A stretch of DNA of 64,000 nucleotides, taken from Escherichia coli. GTDB lineage: Bacteria; Pseudomonadota; Gammaproteobacteria; Enterobacterales; Enterobacteriaceae. Under the pieces are notes generated by a model. The model worked only from the letters and a program-made list of their open reading frames with translations, searched no databases and was not told where the DNA came from. A program made the translations under genes and the position numbers. How positions within the stretch are numbered: position 1 is the stretch's first letter; each line of letters opens with the position of its first letter. This document shows, piece by piece, positions 32,453 through 45,795 of the stretch. Location of the stretch: assembly GCF_003334355.1 (NCBI RefSeq), contig NZ_QOWP01000012.1. One strand, given 5' to 3'.

Positions 32453-33211
32453 ATGGAAACACGTCGCGAAGAGCGTATCGGGCAGCTGCTGCAAGAATTA
32501 AAACGCAGCGATAAGTTACATCTTAAAGACGCCGCCGCCCTGCTTGGGGTTTCGGAGATGACGATTCGTCGCGATCTGAACAACCACAGTGCGCCCGTCG
32601 TTTTGCTCGGCGGCTATATTGTTCTGGAACCGCGCAGTGCCAGCCATTACCTGTTAAGCGATCAAAAATCCCGCCTGGTGGAAGAAAAACGCCGGGCGGC
32701 AAAACTGGCTGCGACGCTGGTAGAACCCGATCAGACCCTCTTTTTTGACTGTGGCACCACCACGCCGTGGATTATTGAAGCGATTGATAATGAAATCCCT
32801 TTTACCGCCGTTTGTTATTCGCTAAATACCTTTCTGGCGCTGAAAGAGAAACCCCATTGCCGCGCGTTTCTTTGCGGTGGTGAATTTCACGCCAGCAACG
32901 CCATTTTCAAACCCATCGATTTTCAGCAAACGCTGAATAATTTTTGCCCGGATATCGCTTTCTATTCTGCGGCGGGCGTGCATGTCAGTAAAGGCGCTAC
33001 CTGTTTTAATCTTGAAGAGTTGCCGGTAAAACACTGGGCCATGTCGATGGCGCAAAAGCATGTGCTGGTTGTCGACCACAGTAAATTTGGCAAGGTGCGT
33101 CCGGCGCGCATGGGTGACCTGAAACGCTTTGATATTGTGGTGAGCGATTGTTGCCCGGAAGATGAGTATGTGAAGTACGCGCAGACGCAGCGCATTAAGT
33201 TGATGTATTAA
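32453..33211 (+). CDS. deoR: DeoR transcriptional repressor of the deo operon
   Basis: 252 aa; N-terminal helix-turn-helix and DeoR C-terminal sugar-binding domain. Confidence 0.93.
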   Translation: METRREERIGQLLQELKRSDKLHLKDAAALLGVSEMTIRRDLNNHSAPVVLLGGYIVLEPRSASHYLLSDQKSRLVEEKRRAAKLAATLVEPDQTLFFDCGTTTPWIIEAIDNEIPFTAVCYSLNTFLALKEKPHCRAFLCGGEFHASNAIFKPIDFQQTLNNFCPDIAFYSAAGVHVSKGATCFNLEELPVKHWAMSMAQKHVLVVDHSKFGKVRPARMGDLKRFDIVVSDCCPEDEYVKYAQTQRIKLMY

Positions 33212-33217
33212 TGACGT

Positions 33218-33250
33218 ATAACCGGATGACGTTTCGCGCCATCCGGTTAT
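33218..33250. other. 11-bp-stem inverted repeat between convergent deoR and dacC
   Basis: ATAACCGGATG...CATCCGGTTAT; no clear U-run; possible bidirectional terminator. Confidence 0.4.
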
Positions 33251-33257
33251 CAGAAGA

Positions 33258-34460
33258 TTAAGAGAACCAGCTGCCGAACCACTGATGGAATTTCATCATC
33301 ACGAAATCCCACACCCGACCAAAGAATCCGCCCTCTTCCACATTTTCCATCACGATCAGCGGACGCTGCTCAATGGATTTACCGTTAAGCTGGAAATCAA
33401 TGGTCCCGACAACCTGACCTTTTTTCAGCGGTGCGGTAAGCTGCGGTTCCGTTAACGTATAACTCGCTTTCAGGTTTTTCAGCTGCCCACGCGGTATGGT
33501 CACTGAGCCCGCTTCACCTGCCCCGAGATTCACTTCGCTCTTATCACCAAACCAGACGCGCTGAGTCACAAAGGTGGCATCAGGTTTAATTGGCGTCACG
33601 GTTTCAAAGAAGCGGAAACCCCAGGTCAATAATTTCTCAGACTCATTAAAACGGATACGGTCAGTTTTCGCCCCCAGCACTACGGAGATTAAACGCATAT
33701 CACCCTGGGTAGCCGAAGCAACCAGATTATATCCCGCACCTGCCGTGGTTCCTGTCTTCATGCCATCAACATTCAGATTGCTGCTCCACAGCAGACGGTT
33801 ACGGTTAGGCTGACGAATTTTGTTGAAGGTGAACTCTTTCTCTTTATGAATGGCGTACTCTTCCGGCACATCGTGGATCAATGCTTTACCCAGCAATGCC
33901 ATATCGCGCGCGGTACTGAACTGCCCCGGCGCATCCAGACCGTGCACCGTCTGGAAGGTAGTGTTGGTCAGACCCAGTTTTTTGGCATAACCATTCATCA
34001 AACCAATAAATGACTCCTGGCTCCCGGCAACGTAATCGGCCAGCGCAATACAGGCGTCATTACCGGACTGGATAATCACACCTTTGTTCAAGTCTGCCAC
34101 CGAAACCTGATCGCCCGGTTTGAGGAACATTACCGATGAACCACGCAGTGCCGGATTTCCCGTCGCCCAGGCATCTTTACCGACCGTCACCATATCGGTG
34201 AGTTTAATCTTATCGGCCTTAAGCGCCTGCCCAACCACATAGCTGGTCATGATTTTAGTCAGGCTCGCGGGATCCAGTTTCTCATCCGCGTTGCCTTCTG
34301 CCAGCACTTTACCGCTGGCGTAATCCATTAAAATCCATGCACGCGCATCCACGCTCGGCGCTTCAACGGTTTGTTCCGCCGCGAATGCCGTTGGGGCAAA
34401 AAGGAATAAAAATGCAGAACCCGCTGCAAGACCACGAAGGAGAGAGGAGTATTGCGTCAT
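33258..34460 (-). CDS. dacC: D-alanyl-D-alanine carboxypeptidase PBP6
   Basis: 400 aa from the ATG (complement at 34458-34460); signal peptide; SxxK motif (SLTK). Confidence 0.93.
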   Translation of the reverse strand: MTQYSSLLRGLAAGSAFLFLFAPTAFAAEQTVEAPSVDARAWILMDYASGKVLAEGNADEKLDPASLTKIMTSYVVGQALKADKIKLTDMVTVGKDAWATGNPALRGSSVMFLKPGDQVSVADLNKGVIIQSGNDACIALADYVAGSQESFIGLMNGYAKKLGLTNTTFQTVHGLDAPGQFSTARDMALLGKALIHDVPEEYAIHKEKEFTFNKIRQPNRNRLLWSSNLNVDGMKTGTTAGAGYNLVASATQGDMRLISVVLGAKTDRIRFNESEKLLTWGFRFFETVTPIKPDATFVTQRVWFGDKSEVNLGAGEAGSVTIPRGQLKNLKASYTLTEPQLTAPLKKGQVVGTIDFQLNGKSIEQRPLIVMENVEEGGFFGRVWDFVMMKFHQWFGSWFS

Positions 34461-34706
34461 AAATGCCACCCGAGTATCCATTCAAAAAAAATACGTTATA
34501 TCGCCGTATGATAAGTTCGGTGATTAATAACGCACACACAAACTTAAAGAAACCGTAAGTTGGTAAAGTTTTTAAAGTTTATGCAATATCCTGCCGCTTC
34601 GCTGCTTCTGGTGTCATTTTTTTGCCAGCTGTTGCTTAAAAGTTAACTTTACTTCACCATCGGAGTCCTGTTCAGCCTGTGGCTGCCTGTCGGAAAAGGG
34701 GTGAGT

Positions 34707-35333
34707 ATGATTACGCTGTGGGGTCGGAATAATTCAACTAACGTAAAAAAAGTATTGCTGACGCTCGAAGAACTGGAACTACCTTATGAGCAAATTCTCG
34801 CGGGCCGTGAGTTTGGGATAAATCACGATGCTGATTTTCTGGCGATGAACCCTAACGGGCTGGTGCCGTTGTTGCGTGACGACGAAAGTGATCTCATTCT
34901 TTGGGAATCAAACGCCATTGTCCGCTATCTGGCGGCACAGTACGGGCAAAAACGCCTGTGGATCGACTCACCGGCACGTCGTGCGGAAGCGGAAAAATGG
35001 ATGGACTGGGCAAACCAGACGCTCAGTAATGCTCATCGCGGGATCCTGATGGGATTAGTCAGAACACCACCGGAAGAGCGCGATCAGGCCGCCATTGATG
35101 CCAGTTGCAAAGAGTGCGACGCCCTGTTTGCCCTGCTCGATGCGGAACTGGCAAAAGTAAAATGGTTCTCTGGCGACGAGTTTGGTGTGGGCGATATCGC
35201 TATCGCACCGTTCATCTACAATTTGTTTAACGTTGGCCTGACCTGGACACCGCGTCCAAATCTGCAACGCTGGTATCAGCAACTCACTGAACGCCCCGCA
35301 GTGCGCAAAGTGGTGATGATTCCCGTTAGCTAA
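34707..35333 (+). CDS. gstB: Glutathione S-transferase GstB (YliJ)
   Basis: 208 aa from the ATG at 34707; GST N- and C-domain pattern. Confidence 0.9.
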
Positions 35334-36445
35334 TTGCGTGGGCTAACTTTAAGTAATTCCCCACTGGACTCGTCGGTGAGAACGTATAAATAACCGTCGG
35401 GTCCAGTGCGAACATCACGAATTCGCTGCCCTCTGTCCGTTAAAATACGGCCATCTTCTGTCACTTTGTCGCCGTTGACGCTCATCACAATGACATCTTT
35501 ATCTTTCAGCGCGCCAATAAATAATTTTTGCTGCCACTGGGGGAATTTATCGCTGTTATAGAAGGCCATGCCGCTCACAGCGGGCGAATCTTTCCAGTAA
35601 AAAACAGGTTGCTCGGTCCCGGCGACGATCTCCCCTTTCGCTTCCGGTATCTTAAAGCCTGAATAGTTGATTCCCCAGGTTGCCAGCGGCCAGCCGTAGT
35701 TTTTGCCTTTTTGCGGGATATTAATTTCATCACCACCGCGCGGGCCATGTTCATTCAGCCACAGTGCATTACTCCACGGATTCATCGCCATTCCTTGCGG
35801 ATTACGAATGCCATAAGACCAGATCTCGGCGCGCGCACCGGATTCCTTTATAAAAGGATTATCATCCGGGATTTCGCCCTGGTCGGTCAGACGCACCAGT
35901 TTGCCCTGTAATTTATCCAGATCCTGCGCCGTCGGGCGCTGATTGTTTTCGCCCAGAGCAATAAAAAGATAACCTTTACCGTCGAATACCAGCCGCCCGC
36001 CAAAATGGTTGCCGGTAGACAGTTTTGGCATCTGGCGAAAGACGGTGCGGAAGTCGGTCACTTTTGAGAGATCATCACTTAAGCGGCCATAACCCACAGC
36101 AGTTCCGGCTTTGCCATCATCGCCAACTTCGGAATAACTTAACCAGATGCGGCGAGACTGAGCAAAATCAGGCGCTAAAACCACGTCCAGCAGGCCGCCC
36201 TGCCCGTGCGCCCAAACGTCCGGCACTCCGGAAAGCGGCGCAGATAATCCTTTTCCTGCTTGCCAGTGACGCAACTCGCCGCCGCGCAGAGTGATTAACA
36301 TACCGTGATTATCGGGTAAAAAGGCCAGTGACCAGGGATGGTCGAGTTTGTCTTGCAGTACTTCGACATTTACCGTTGCAGGAGCCGCCCAGAGAGCGGA
36401 AGAAAGACAAATAAGGGGCACAAGGAAAAAGAATGGTCGATGCAT
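35330..36445 (-). CDS. yliI: Soluble aldose sugar dehydrogenase (PQQ-dependent beta-propeller)
   Basis: 371 aa; signal peptide; stop overlaps the gstB stop in CTAA. Confidence 0.9.
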
Positions 36446-36508
36446 AACGCCTCCGGATTGACTCTGGCTTAAAGCGTAGTCAGTGGAGGAGATAACAAAT
36501 TCATTTTT

Positions 36509-36550
36509 ACAAAAACTTAAACATGAAGGGGGAGACGCTTTCTCCCCCTT
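36509..36550 (-). terminator. Intrinsic terminator for bssR
   Basis: AAGGGGGAGA-cgctt-TCTCCCCCTT hairpin immediately after the bssR stop, followed on the minus strand by a T-rich tract. Confidence 0.5.
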
Positions 36551-36555
36551 AGTTT

Positions 36556-36939
36556 TCAGGCCTTCTCAAGCATGGCGTGCTTCTGCAGGCTCTGGATACT
36601 CAGCGTTAAGCTCATCAGACAATTTTCAAGCTTATCGGCGTTGACGGTAATAACAGTCGGGCAATCATGGTGCCCACTCATCAAACATACTGCGGCTGTC
36701 GCTAATGCTTCTTCAGCATGATGAAGAGCACTCCACTCTTCCTGATCCAGATGAAGATTCAACCGCAGCGATTTATCGTGCAGTTCGCGATTCAGTTTAA
36801 AAAAGTTATCTCGTAGATGATTGCTTTCGCTGACGGACATGTATCCTTTTGCCTTCCTCAGTTGCACGTATGCGGCGAGGTCAACGCGTGCGTCGATCAA
36901 CCGGTTCAGCAGATCGATTCGCTGTCTGTCAACGAACAT
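36556..36939 (-). CDS. bssR: Biofilm regulator BssR (YliH)
   Basis: 127 aa from the ATG (MFVDRQRIDLLNRLIDARVDLAAY). Confidence 0.9.
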   Translation of the reverse strand: MFVDRQRIDLLNRLIDARVDLAAYVQLRKAKGYMSVSESNHLRDNFFKLNRELHDKSLRLNLHLDQEEWSALHHAEEALATAAVCLMSGHHDCPTVITVNADKLENCLMSLTLSIQSLQKHAMLEKA

Positions 36940-37151
36940 ACTTCGATCCTCCTCTTTCCAGCCTTGTTGCAATTAAATAGTATGGCTATTTTTTGAGCAA
37001 AATGCTGTCCAGGATCAATTCTTCACGCCGAATTAACAAAATTTACATTTCCTTCGCCTCCACCAGCGAATGAGATTGCGATACAAATTTTATCCAGAAC
37101 TCTGTAGAATCCCTGCCCTGACCTTTCCTGTAACTGAATATTTTTTAAGCT

Positions 37152-38477
37152 ATGAGCAAAGTAACTCCCCAGCCGAAAATCGGCTTTGTTTCCCTTGGCT
37201 GTCCGAAAAACCTTGTTGATTCAGAGCGTATTCTCACCGAACTCCGCACTGAAGGTTATGACGTGGTACCGAGCTATGACGATGCGGACATGGTGATCGT
37301 CAACACCTGCGGCTTTATTGACAGCGCGGTACAAGAATCACTGGAAGCCATTGGTGAAGCGTTGAATGAAAACGGCAAGGTTATTGTGACCGGTTGTCTG
37401 GGGGCAAAAGAAGATCAGATCCGCGAAGTCCACCCGAAAGTGCTGGAAATCACCGGGCCTCATAGCTATGAGCAGGTTCTGGAGCACGTTCATCACTACG
37501 TGCCGAAACCGAAACACAACCCATTCCTGAGCCTGGTGCCAGAACAAGGTGTGAAACTGACGCCGCGTCATTATGCCTATCTGAAAATTTCTGAAGGCTG
37601 TAATCACCGCTGCACCTTCTGCATTATTCCGTCTATGCGCGGCGACCTGGTGAGCCGTCCGATTGGCGAAGTGTTAAGTGAAGCGAAACGTCTGGTAGAT
37701 GCGGGCGTTAAAGAGATTCTGGTGATCTCGCAGGATACTTCCGCCTATGGCGTTGATGTTAAACATCGTACTGGCTTCCACAACGGCGAGCCGGTAAAAA
37801 CCAGCATGGTCAGCCTGTGCGAACAGTTATCGAAACTGGGGATCTGGACACGTCTGCACTACGTTTACCCTTATCCGCATGTGGACGACGTCATCCCACT
37901 GATGGCAGAAGGCAAAATCCTGCCGTATCTGGACATTCCGTTGCAGCACGCCAGCCCGCGCATTCTCAAACTGATGAAGCGTCCGGGTTCTGTAGATCGC
38001 CAACTGGCGCGCATCAAACAGTGGCGCGAAATCTGCCCGGAACTGACCCTACGCTCAACCTTTATTGTCGGCTTCCCTGGCGAGACGGAAGAAGATTTCC
38101 AGATGCTACTCGACTTCCTGAAAGAAGCGCGTCTGGATCGCGTTGGCTGCTTTAAATACAGCCCGGTTGAAGGTGCAGACGCCAATGCCCTGCCTGACCA
38201 GGTTCCGGAAGAAGTGAAAGAAGAACGCTGGAACCGTTTCATGCAGCTGCAGCAGCAGATTTCCGCCGAGCGCCTGCAAGAGAAAGTGGGCCGTGAAATT
38301 CTGGTGATTATCGACGAAGTGGACGAAGAAGGCGCAATTGGTCGCAGCATGGCAGATGCACCGGAAATCGACGGCGCGGTTTATCTCAATGGTGAAACCA
38401 ACGTTAAGCCGGGTGATATCCTGCGTGTGAAAGTCGAGCACGCCGATGAGTACGATTTGTGGGGTAGCCGGGTTTAA
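37152..38477 (+). CDS. rimO: Ribosomal protein S12 methylthiotransferase (radical SAM, MiaB family)
   Basis: 441 aa; radical-SAM CNHRCTFC motif and N-terminal MTTase Cys. Confidence 0.93.
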
Positions 38478-38484
38478 TTAATTC

Positions 38485-38512
38485 AGGCCGGGCAAAATCA
38501 TTTGTCCGGCCT
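38485..38512. other. Inverted repeat AGGCCGG...CCGGCCT between convergent rimO and dgcI
   Basis: Read directly; no U-run; possible bidirectional terminator. Confidence 0.35.
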
Positions 38513-38523
38513 GCGAATAATGA

Positions 38524-39852
38524 TTACTGCCAGCTAATCTGTGCCCTGCCGTTTTTCTTACTCTTATACAGCCGCTCATCCGCCAGCATTTTCAAGCGTT
38601 CGACGGTAGGACATTCATTTGAATGTGCTACACCGATACTGGTACTTAAATTAATGCTTCCCACCTGGAAATGAACGATTTCTTTTAGAATCGATAGCAA
38701 CTCTTCCAGCGTTCCACCCGTATAAATCACCGCAAATTCGTCACCGCCGAAGCGGTAGACTTTACCTTTATCTACCGGGATCTGTGATTTAAGGATTTTC
38801 ACCACTTTCATCAACACTTCATCGCCCAGCAAATGACCGAAGGTGTCGTTAATGTTTTTGAATTTATCGACGTCAAACAGGCACAAATAACCGCCTTTTT
38901 CCGGCAGCGCTTTTAAATCTTCGTCAAAGGATTTTCTGCCCATTGCTTTGGTCAGGTCGTCCAGGAACGCCGAGTTATACATACTGTAGAGTTTTTTGAC
39001 ATCGGCAGCCGAAAAGAAAAGCCCGCCATCCAGTACGCGTTCAAAATGGTTATTAATGATGGCTTCTTTCTCCACAATACCACGATTAATCACTCTGCGT
39101 ACCAGATAGAGGCAACTGGCACCCGATATCACTGCCACCAATGCGGCAAAGAAAATAATCAATGTACAAACCCGCAAATAAACATCTTTTTTATACGCAA
39201 ATACATACAATCCGGTCGGCAAATAGGCGAAGTGCTCCATCGCTTCCGAAACGGTGAAGATGGCGTTTTTAGCATTATATTCATCACCGGTCACCGGTTT
39301 ACCGTTCTTAAATAGAGAGAACATCAGGTTCTCGCTGTCCATCGCCAGCGATTTTGACAGTAAAGAAAAACGCTCCAGACCAAGCAAAAATATCAGACTA
39401 CGATTGTGAGTTACCGGATAGAGGTAATAGACGAAGGTTTTACCGTCAAAAGAGATAAACCCTGTATTTTTGACATGTCGATACTTCACAACCTGCATAA
39501 TATCTGCACAATAATTTTTCTCGAACTCCTTTACCTGAATACATTCGTCACTGGAAATCAGATAAGGACCGACATCGTACAAATAAGAGGGGGAAACCGA
39601 GTCGGCGTAAGCTGTGCGCAAACCAACCAACAGCTGTTCCTCCGTGGGATTTAGCGTGTTGATAAGATCAATTGCCACGCTACGCCGATATTCAGCAATA
39701 TTTGCCACCGCAAAAGCAGTATCAATAACGGACTGTTTCAGGCTATACACCCGTTCCTTTACCATTTGAGTGTAGATCCCGCAGGCAACTGCTGAAATCA
39801 TGATAAAAATCAGCAGACTGACTGTAAGTACGAACTTATTGATTCTGGACAT
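38524..39852 (-). CDS. dgcI: Membrane-anchored diguanylate cyclase (GGDEF)
   Basis: 442 aa; N-terminal transmembrane segment, periplasmic region, second transmembrane segment, then GGDEF domain (RFGGDEF). Confidence 0.9.
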   Translation of the reverse strand: MSRINKFVLTVSLLIFIMISAVACGIYTQMVKERVYSLKQSVIDTAFAVANIAEYRRSVAIDLINTLNPTEEQLLVGLRTAYADSVSPSYLYDVGPYLISSDECIQVKEFEKNYCADIMQVVKYRHVKNTGFISFDGKTFVYYLYPVTHNRSLIFLLGLERFSLLSKSLAMDSENLMFSLFKNGKPVTGDEYNAKNAIFTVSEAMEHFAYLPTGLYVFAYKKDVYLRVCTLIIFFAALVAVISGASCLYLVRRVINRGIVEKEAIINNHFERVLDGGLFFSAADVKKLYSMYNSAFLDDLTKAMGRKSFDEDLKALPEKGGYLCLFDVDKFKNINDTFGHLLGDEVLMKVVKILKSQIPVDKGKVYRFGGDEFAVIYTGGTLEELLSILKEIVHFQVGSINLSTSIGVAHSNECPTVERLKMLADERLYKSKKNGRAQISWQ

Positions 39853-39859
39853 ACGTAAA

Positions 39860-42208
39860 CTACTCTTTTACTAATTTTCCACTTTTATCCCAGGCGGAGA
39901 ATGGCATGGGTTTCTGGTACAGATACCCCTGAGCCTGAACACATCCTAATTTAATTAATTCGCGCGCAACGTCTTCGCTCTCTACGCCTTCCGCAATCAC
40001 CGGGATCCGGTTATAGCGTGCCAGATCGAAAATAATGCGCACAATTTTTCCCGCAGTACCGAAAATATCGCCGGTAAATTGCGAGTCCACCTTTATGCTG
40101 TCTGGATTAATTTCATAAAAACGTTTCAGGTTTGACAAACCGGTGCCAAAGTCATCAATCGATATCCGTACCCCTTGTTTACGCAGTTGTTCAATATTGA
40201 GATAAAAATGTTCATTAATTCGCTCGATCACGGTTTCAGTGATCTCAACACAGAGGCTGTTCGCCTTCAGGCCATTTTCTTTCATGATGGTGGTAAAACA
40301 CTCATGAAAGTGCGGTTCGTTTAACTGCCAGGGCGAAACATTAATATGCAGTAAGAAATCATCCTTCAGCGACGCACGCTGACTAAAATGTCTGAATTCA
40401 CCCATTGCCGTTTTAATAATCTGATAACCCAGCTCATTGATAAACCCGATATCTTCAGCAATGGTAATGAACTTCAGCGGTGAAATGATCCCCCGCTCCG
40501 CAGAAACCCAACGGCACAACGCCTCCGCGCCCAGAATGGCGCGGGTGTTAATATCAACGATCGGTTGATAGACGAGGAATAGTTCGCCAATTTCCATTGC
40601 ATGGCGAATATTACGCGCAATCCAGATATTCTCTTCTATTTCGTTGAGTTTCGCGTCATCACAGAAAATAAACTCGGAGAACATATGGTCACGGATACTG
40701 GAAATCGCCAGTTTCAGTTTTTCTGCGTAACTCCAGGCGTTTTCCCCCTGCAAAGGTTCACAAATGGCAGACTTATGGATGCGCAGATTGCGGTAGCCAA
40801 AGCTGCTGTCAAAATCGTTTACCATCGCTATTTTACGGGTAAATGTCTGTACATTTTCCCGACACAGAAGTAAATAGAGATCGGCATTGAATGTCACGAT
40901 ATCGCAGCATTGCGCATATTTCTCGGCAATTCGCTGACACAATTTCCTGACGATTTTATTGCGTTCATCAACACCAAACACCGCTTCCACGGCTTCCAGA
41001 CCACACAGTTTGATGATCCCCACAGCCAGATACTGATTATTGTTGGACTCAATAATCGCCATATTTTTAATAAAACCGCTTTCCTGATCGTAAGAGATCA
41101 GTGAGAGCAATTTATTTGACCGTTCAATTTCGGCATCTTTCATTTCCGCGATCGAATTTTTGATGCTGATAATCTCTTTCGCATCGCCTTCGCGAATTTT
41201 CAGAGCCTCGATCTGATCCGTTGAGTCGGGCAAAAACGCCAGCGTATTAACCAGCTCGGTCATTTCAGAAAATTGCCGACGGAACACACGAGTGGTCATG
41301 AAATATACCACCAGCAACACGATAATAATGAACGCAAACGGTAGATAAAAAAGTTTATCTGATGCGTTCAATAAATTACCGCCAGGATAATAAAAATAGA
41401 TTTCGAACAATGCATTATTTGGCACTGCTGATGTCTTTGCAATATACTCCGTATCGACAGAATCAATAATATTATAATTACCTTCGCTATTATAAATAAT
41501 CAGTTTTTCACGAGCGAGTTGATTCTTGGCAATGATCTCATGACCTTGTTTCAAAAATAGAACTTCATCATTAGCGCTGATTTGATCAAGATACTCGTTC
41601 AGATACCGCCAGTTTAAATCGACATGAATTTTATCTACCGCTAACAAATCGTGATCTTTGCCGTTGATACGTAGCGTAAAAGAGATACATTTTTTACCCG
41701 GACGATCAAAGCAATTGTATGCCGGATTCCAGCTGTTGTTAGAGTCATCTGAAGCCACCGACCACGGTCGTTTCGATGGGTTAAAATCGGCAAAAATAAC
41801 CCGCCCTGACTCGTCGACAAGCGGTCCATTTACTTGTTCCTGATGATAAACAACGATTTTATCATTCGCCCTCCGCGAAAAGAGATAATATTTATTATCA
41901 TCAAGTACCAGTCCCACCGAGTCTAAAAATGGCATCATTTCCATTTTCAGAATCACGGCGCGTTGAATCTCCTCTGTATTTTTTAATAAATACAGTGAGT
42001 CCTTTAATGTCAGGGCCGAACGTTCAATATCTTTAAAGAAATAGCCAACGTTTTTCTGAATAAGTTCAAAGCGGCTATCGGCACGTTTTACCGCGCGTTC
42101 CGATACCAGTTGATAGTTAATGATGAAAAAAAGACCAATAAATGACAGTGCTGCCAATAAAAATAAAATTATCAGCCTTATCTTTATCTTTTCGTATAAA
42201 CTCAGCAT
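39860..42208 (-). CDS. pdeI: Membrane-anchored c-di-GMP phosphodiesterase (EAL)
   Basis: 782 aa from the ATG (complement at 42206-42208); periplasmic sensor region, degenerate GGDEF-like segment, C-terminal EAL domain. Confidence 0.88.
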   Translation of the reverse strand: MLSLYEKIKIRLIILFLLAALSFIGLFFIINYQLVSERAVKRADSRFELIQKNVGYFFKDIERSALTLKDSLYLLKNTEEIQRAVILKMEMMPFLDSVGLVLDDNKYYLFSRRANDKIVVYHQEQVNGPLVDESGRVIFADFNPSKRPWSVASDDSNNSWNPAYNCFDRPGKKCISFTLRINGKDHDLLAVDKIHVDLNWRYLNEYLDQISANDEVLFLKQGHEIIAKNQLAREKLIIYNSEGNYNIIDSVDTEYIAKTSAVPNNALFEIYFYYPGGNLLNASDKLFYLPFAFIIIVLLVVYFMTTRVFRRQFSEMTELVNTLAFLPDSTDQIEALKIREGDAKEIISIKNSIAEMKDAEIERSNKLLSLISYDQESGFIKNMAIIESNNNQYLAVGIIKLCGLEAVEAVFGVDERNKIVRKLCQRIAEKYAQCCDIVTFNADLYLLLCRENVQTFTRKIAMVNDFDSSFGYRNLRIHKSAICEPLQGENAWSYAEKLKLAISSIRDHMFSEFIFCDDAKLNEIEENIWIARNIRHAMEIGELFLVYQPIVDINTRAILGAEALCRWVSAERGIISPLKFITIAEDIGFINELGYQIIKTAMGEFRHFSQRASLKDDFLLHINVSPWQLNEPHFHECFTTIMKENGLKANSLCVEITETVIERINEHFYLNIEQLRKQGVRISIDDFGTGLSNLKRFYEINPDSIKVDSQFTGDIFGTAGKIVRIIFDLARYNRIPVIAEGVESEDVARELIKLGCVQAQGYLYQKPMPFSAWDKSGKLVKE

Positions 42209-42385
42209 GTTAATACATTTAACAAAATAACTATCTGAACGCTGTGCCGCTGCAAAAATAGTCCCTTGCTGCGGCTTTTTAACCAAATTACCCGATTCTA
42301 CAAAATCAGCAGAAAGTTACAACACTTGCTTAGGGCAATAATTTCCTGTGAGGTGATTACCCTTTCAAGCAATATTCAAACGTAA

Positions 42386-43297
42386 CTATCCTTTAATTTT
42401 CGGATCCAGCGCATCGCGTAAACCATCGCCCAACAAATTGAACGCCAGTACGGTCAGAAAAATAGCCAGGGCCGGAAAAACAGCGACATGCGGCGCGATA
42501 ACCATATCCGCTCGTGCCTCATTGAGCATTGCTCCCCACTCTGGTGTCGGCGGCTGCGCACCGAGGCCGAGAAATGACAGGCTGGCGGCAGAGATAATCG
42601 AGGTGCCAATGCGCATGGTGAAAAACACCACGATAGACGAGACGGTCCCAGGCAAGATATGACGCAATAAAATGGTCATATCGCTGGCACCAATACTGCG
42701 TGCTGACTCAATAAAGGTTTGCTGTTTCAACACCAGCGTGTTGCCGCGCACCAGTCGGGCAAACGCGGGGATGGAAAAAATGGCGACTGCGATAATCACG
42801 TTAGCAATGCCGCTTCCCAACACCGCAACAACAGCGATCGCCAGTAAAATACCCGGGAAGGCAAACAGCACATCGCAAATGCGCATGATCAGCCGATCCC
42901 ACCAGCCTTCATAATATCCAGCCAACAAGCCCAGCAACGTCCCGATCGCCGCACCGATAAACACGGCAAACACGCCCGCCGCCAGCGAGATTTGCGCACC
43001 AACCAGGACACGGCTGAAAATGTCGCGCCCCAGTGAATCGACGCCAAACCAGTGCTGCAAAGAAGGTCCGTTATTCAGGTTGTCATAATCAAAATAATTT
43101 TCGGCGTCATAGGGAGCGATCCAGCGTGCAAAAATGGCCACCACAATCAATAAAATAACGAATAATGCGGCGGTCATCGCCATATGCTGACGGCGAAATC
43201 GTCGCCAGAATTCATGCCACGGTGTACGCACCTGGTCAGGTTTGACCAGTGGCATGGCGTTTAACACCGCCTGACGTCGCCAGTTAAATAGTCGCAT
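42386..43297 (-). CDS. gsiD: Glutathione ABC transporter permease
   Basis: 303 aa; DppC/OppC-type permease. Confidence 0.92.
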   Translation of the reverse strand: MRLFNWRRQAVLNAMPLVKPDQVRTPWHEFWRRFRRQHMAMTAALFVILLIVVAIFARWIAPYDAENYFDYDNLNNGPSLQHWFGVDSLGRDIFSRVLVGAQISLAAGVFAVFIGAAIGTLLGLLAGYYEGWWDRLIMRICDVLFAFPGILLAIAVVAVLGSGIANVIIAVAIFSIPAFARLVRGNTLVLKQQTFIESARSIGASDMTILLRHILPGTVSSIVVFFTMRIGTSIISAASLSFLGLGAQPPTPEWGAMLNEARADMVIAPHVAVFPALAIFLTVLAFNLLGDGLRDALDPKIKG

Positions 43298-43299
43298 CC

Positions 43300-44220
43300 T
43301 TACTTGTACCTGATAGCCGGGTTAATGGCGGCGTAAAGCACATCCACCACTAAGTTGATAAGAATAAATTCCAGCGAGAAAAGCAGAATTTCCGCCTGAA
43401 TCACCGGGTAATCGCGCATTTCTACGGAGTCAACGAGTAAGCGTCCAAGTCCGGGCCAGTTGAAAACTTTCTCCACCACGATAGATCCACCGAGCAAAAA
43501 GCCAAACTGTAAGCCCATCATGGTCACTACCGGGATCATCGCGTTGCGTAGCCCGTGTTTGAGGACAACCCAGGTTTCGCTCACCCCTTTCGCCCTCGCG
43601 GTACGCATATAATCTTCGCTTAAAACGTCGACAAATGACGCACGGGTAAAGCGCGCCATCACGGCGGCCACTGCCGCGCCGAGCGTCAGGGAGGGTAAAA
43701 TGTAGTGCTGCCAACTGTCTGCTCCCACAGTAGGCAGCCAGCCCAGTTCAACGGAGAATACCTGAATTAAAAGCATCCCCAGAGCAAATGCCGGAAACGA
43801 GATCCCCGACACCGCAATGGTCATACTCAATCGATCCGGCCAACGATTACGCCAGACGGCGGCGATAATTCCCGCCGCCATACCAAATATCACCGCCCAG
43901 ACCATACTGGTTATGGTCAGCCACAGCGTTGGCATAAAGCGGCTGGCAATCTCATCGGCAACCGGACGACGCGACACCATCGACAGGCCAAAATCCCCCT
44001 GCACAGCATTGCTGATATAGTGCCAGAACTGGTGATACAGCGGCTGATCCAACCCCAGCTGCTGACGCACCAGTTCTATAACCTGCGCATCAGCTTCGGG
44101 CCCGGCAATCAATCGCGCCGGATCGCCGGGCAGCATATGGACAAATAAAAACACCAGCACCGAGACGATAAACAGCGTCGGAATCAACCCCAGCAAGCGT
44201 TTGATAACGTAATTAAGCAT
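43300..44220 (-). CDS. gsiC: Glutathione ABC transporter permease
   Basis: 306 aa; DppB/OppB-type permease. Confidence 0.92.
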   Translation of the reverse strand: MLNYVIKRLLGLIPTLFIVSVLVFLFVHMLPGDPARLIAGPEADAQVIELVRQQLGLDQPLYHQFWHYISNAVQGDFGLSMVSRRPVADEIASRFMPTLWLTITSMVWAVIFGMAAGIIAAVWRNRWPDRLSMTIAVSGISFPAFALGMLLIQVFSVELGWLPTVGADSWQHYILPSLTLGAAVAAVMARFTRASFVDVLSEDYMRTARAKGVSETWVVLKHGLRNAMIPVVTMMGLQFGFLLGGSIVVEKVFNWPGLGRLLVDSVEMRDYPVIQAEILLFSLEFILINLVVDVLYAAINPAIRYK

Positions 44221-44237
44221 TCCACTCCCTGCGTTGC

Positions 44238-45776
44238 TTATTGCAAATCCGCGTCTTCAAAGCTAAAGCCGGTGTCTGGCATGATCCAAAAACCGGTCAG
44301 GTTTTTACTGTGTGCCGACACCAGTTTTTCTACCACCAGCGGGATCCACGGCGACTCTTGCCAGATGATATCCTGCGCCGCCTTATATAAGCGGGTCTTT
44401 TCCGCCGGATCATTAGTTTTCAGTGCCTGAGCCAGGAAGTCATCCACCTGTTTATTGCTGTAAAACGCGGTATTAAACAGCGTCGGTGGCCAGTTCTGCG
44501 AGGCAAACAGCGGCGATAGTGCCCAGTCCGCTTCGCCGGTTGAAGCCGACCAGCCAGTGTAGAACATCCGCACGCCGCTCTCTTTTTGCCCTTTACCTTC
44601 AACTTCTGCCGCCCGCTGTCCGGCATCCATCGCAGTCACCTGGGCTTTAATCCCGACCTGCGCTAACTGCTGCTGGGTAAATTGCAGCACTTTCTGCGCG
44701 GTGCTGTGGTTATGTGACGACCACAGCGTGGTACTGAAACCGTTGGGATATCCCGCCTCTTTCAGTAATTCGCGCGCTTTCACTGGATCGTAAGGCCACG
44801 GTTTATAACTTTGCGCGTAGGCGATACTTGGCGGTACCACACCAGTAGCTGGCGTTGCATAGCCCGCAAAGGCAACTTTCACCAGCGCCGGACGGTTAAT
44901 GGCGTAATTCAGCGCCTCACGGACCTTCGGGTTATCGAACGGCTTTTGCGTCACGTTCATACTGATATAACGCTGCATAATTGACGGACTGGCCATCAAC
45001 TCGATATTTTTGTTTTTCTCCAGCAGTGTGGCCTGCTCGTAAGGAATGGGGAAAGCAAACTGCGCTTCACCGGTTTGCAGCATTGCCGCGCGGGTGTTGT
45101 TATCCGCCACCGGACGCCAGGTTATGCTGTCCAGTTTGGGCAATCCTGGCTGCCAGTAACCCGCGAATTTTTTCACCTTCACAAAATCGGTCTGATTCCA
45201 GGTATCCAGTTCATACGGTCCGGTTCCCACCGGATAAAAACCAATCTCCTTGCCATATTTTTCCAGCGCTGGCGGTGAAATCATCGCGGTCGCCGGATGG
45301 GCAAGAATATTAATAAACGCTGAGAACGGCTGTTTGAGGGTAATCTTTACCGTTGTCGGATCGATCGCTTCCGTTTTAGCAATATTCTTATACAGGTTAT
45401 AGCGTTTAAGATGATTCGCCGGATCGCTGGCCCGGTCCAGATTCGCTTTCACCGCCGCGGCGTTGAAATCGGTGCCATCCTGGAATTTAATGCCTTCCCG
45501 CAATTTCACGGTGTAAGTAATGCCGTCATCGGAAACGGTATAACTCTCCGCCAGCACGTTTTTCAGTTTCATCTCTTTATCCAGACCGAACAGCCCCTGG
45601 TAAAACGATTTCGCTACGGCCTGAGATAACGTGTCATTTGCGTCATACGGATCGAGCGTGGTGAAATTCGATCCTACCGCCACCACCACATCTTTGGCAG
45701 CGAATGCACAAGATGCCATCAACGCTGTCGCAATGCCCAGCGCCACTAACCCACTACGGTGTACAGCTCTTGCCAT
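44238..45776 (-). CDS. gsiB: Glutathione-binding periplasmic protein
   Basis: 512 aa from the ATG (complement at 45774-45776; [26 protein letters not shown]); longest ORF runs to 46043 into gsiA. Confidence 0.92.
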   Translation of the reverse strand: MARAVHRSGLVALGIATALMASCAFAAKDVVVAVGSNFTTLDPYDANDTLSQAVAKSFYQGLFGLDKEMKLKNVLAESYTVSDDGITYTVKLREGIKFQDGTDFNAAAVKANLDRASDPANHLKRYNLYKNIAKTEAIDPTTVKITLKQPFSAFINILAHPATAMISPPALEKYGKEIGFYPVGTGPYELDTWNQTDFVKVKKFAGYWQPGLPKLDSITWRPVADNNTRAAMLQTGEAQFAFPIPYEQATLLEKNKNIELMASPSIMQRYISMNVTQKPFDNPKVREALNYAINRPALVKVAFAGYATPATGVVPPSIAYAQSYKPWPYDPVKARELLKEAGYPNGFSTTLWSSHNHSTAQKVLQFTQQQLAQVGIKAQVTAMDAGQRAAEVEGKGQKESGVRMFYTGWSASTGEADWALSPLFASQNWPPTLFNTAFYSNKQVDDFLAQALKTNDPAEKTRLYKAAQDIIWQESPWIPLVVEKLVSAHSKNLTGFWIMPDTGFSFEDADLQ

Positions 45777-45795
45777 TTTATTCTCCGCCTGAATG

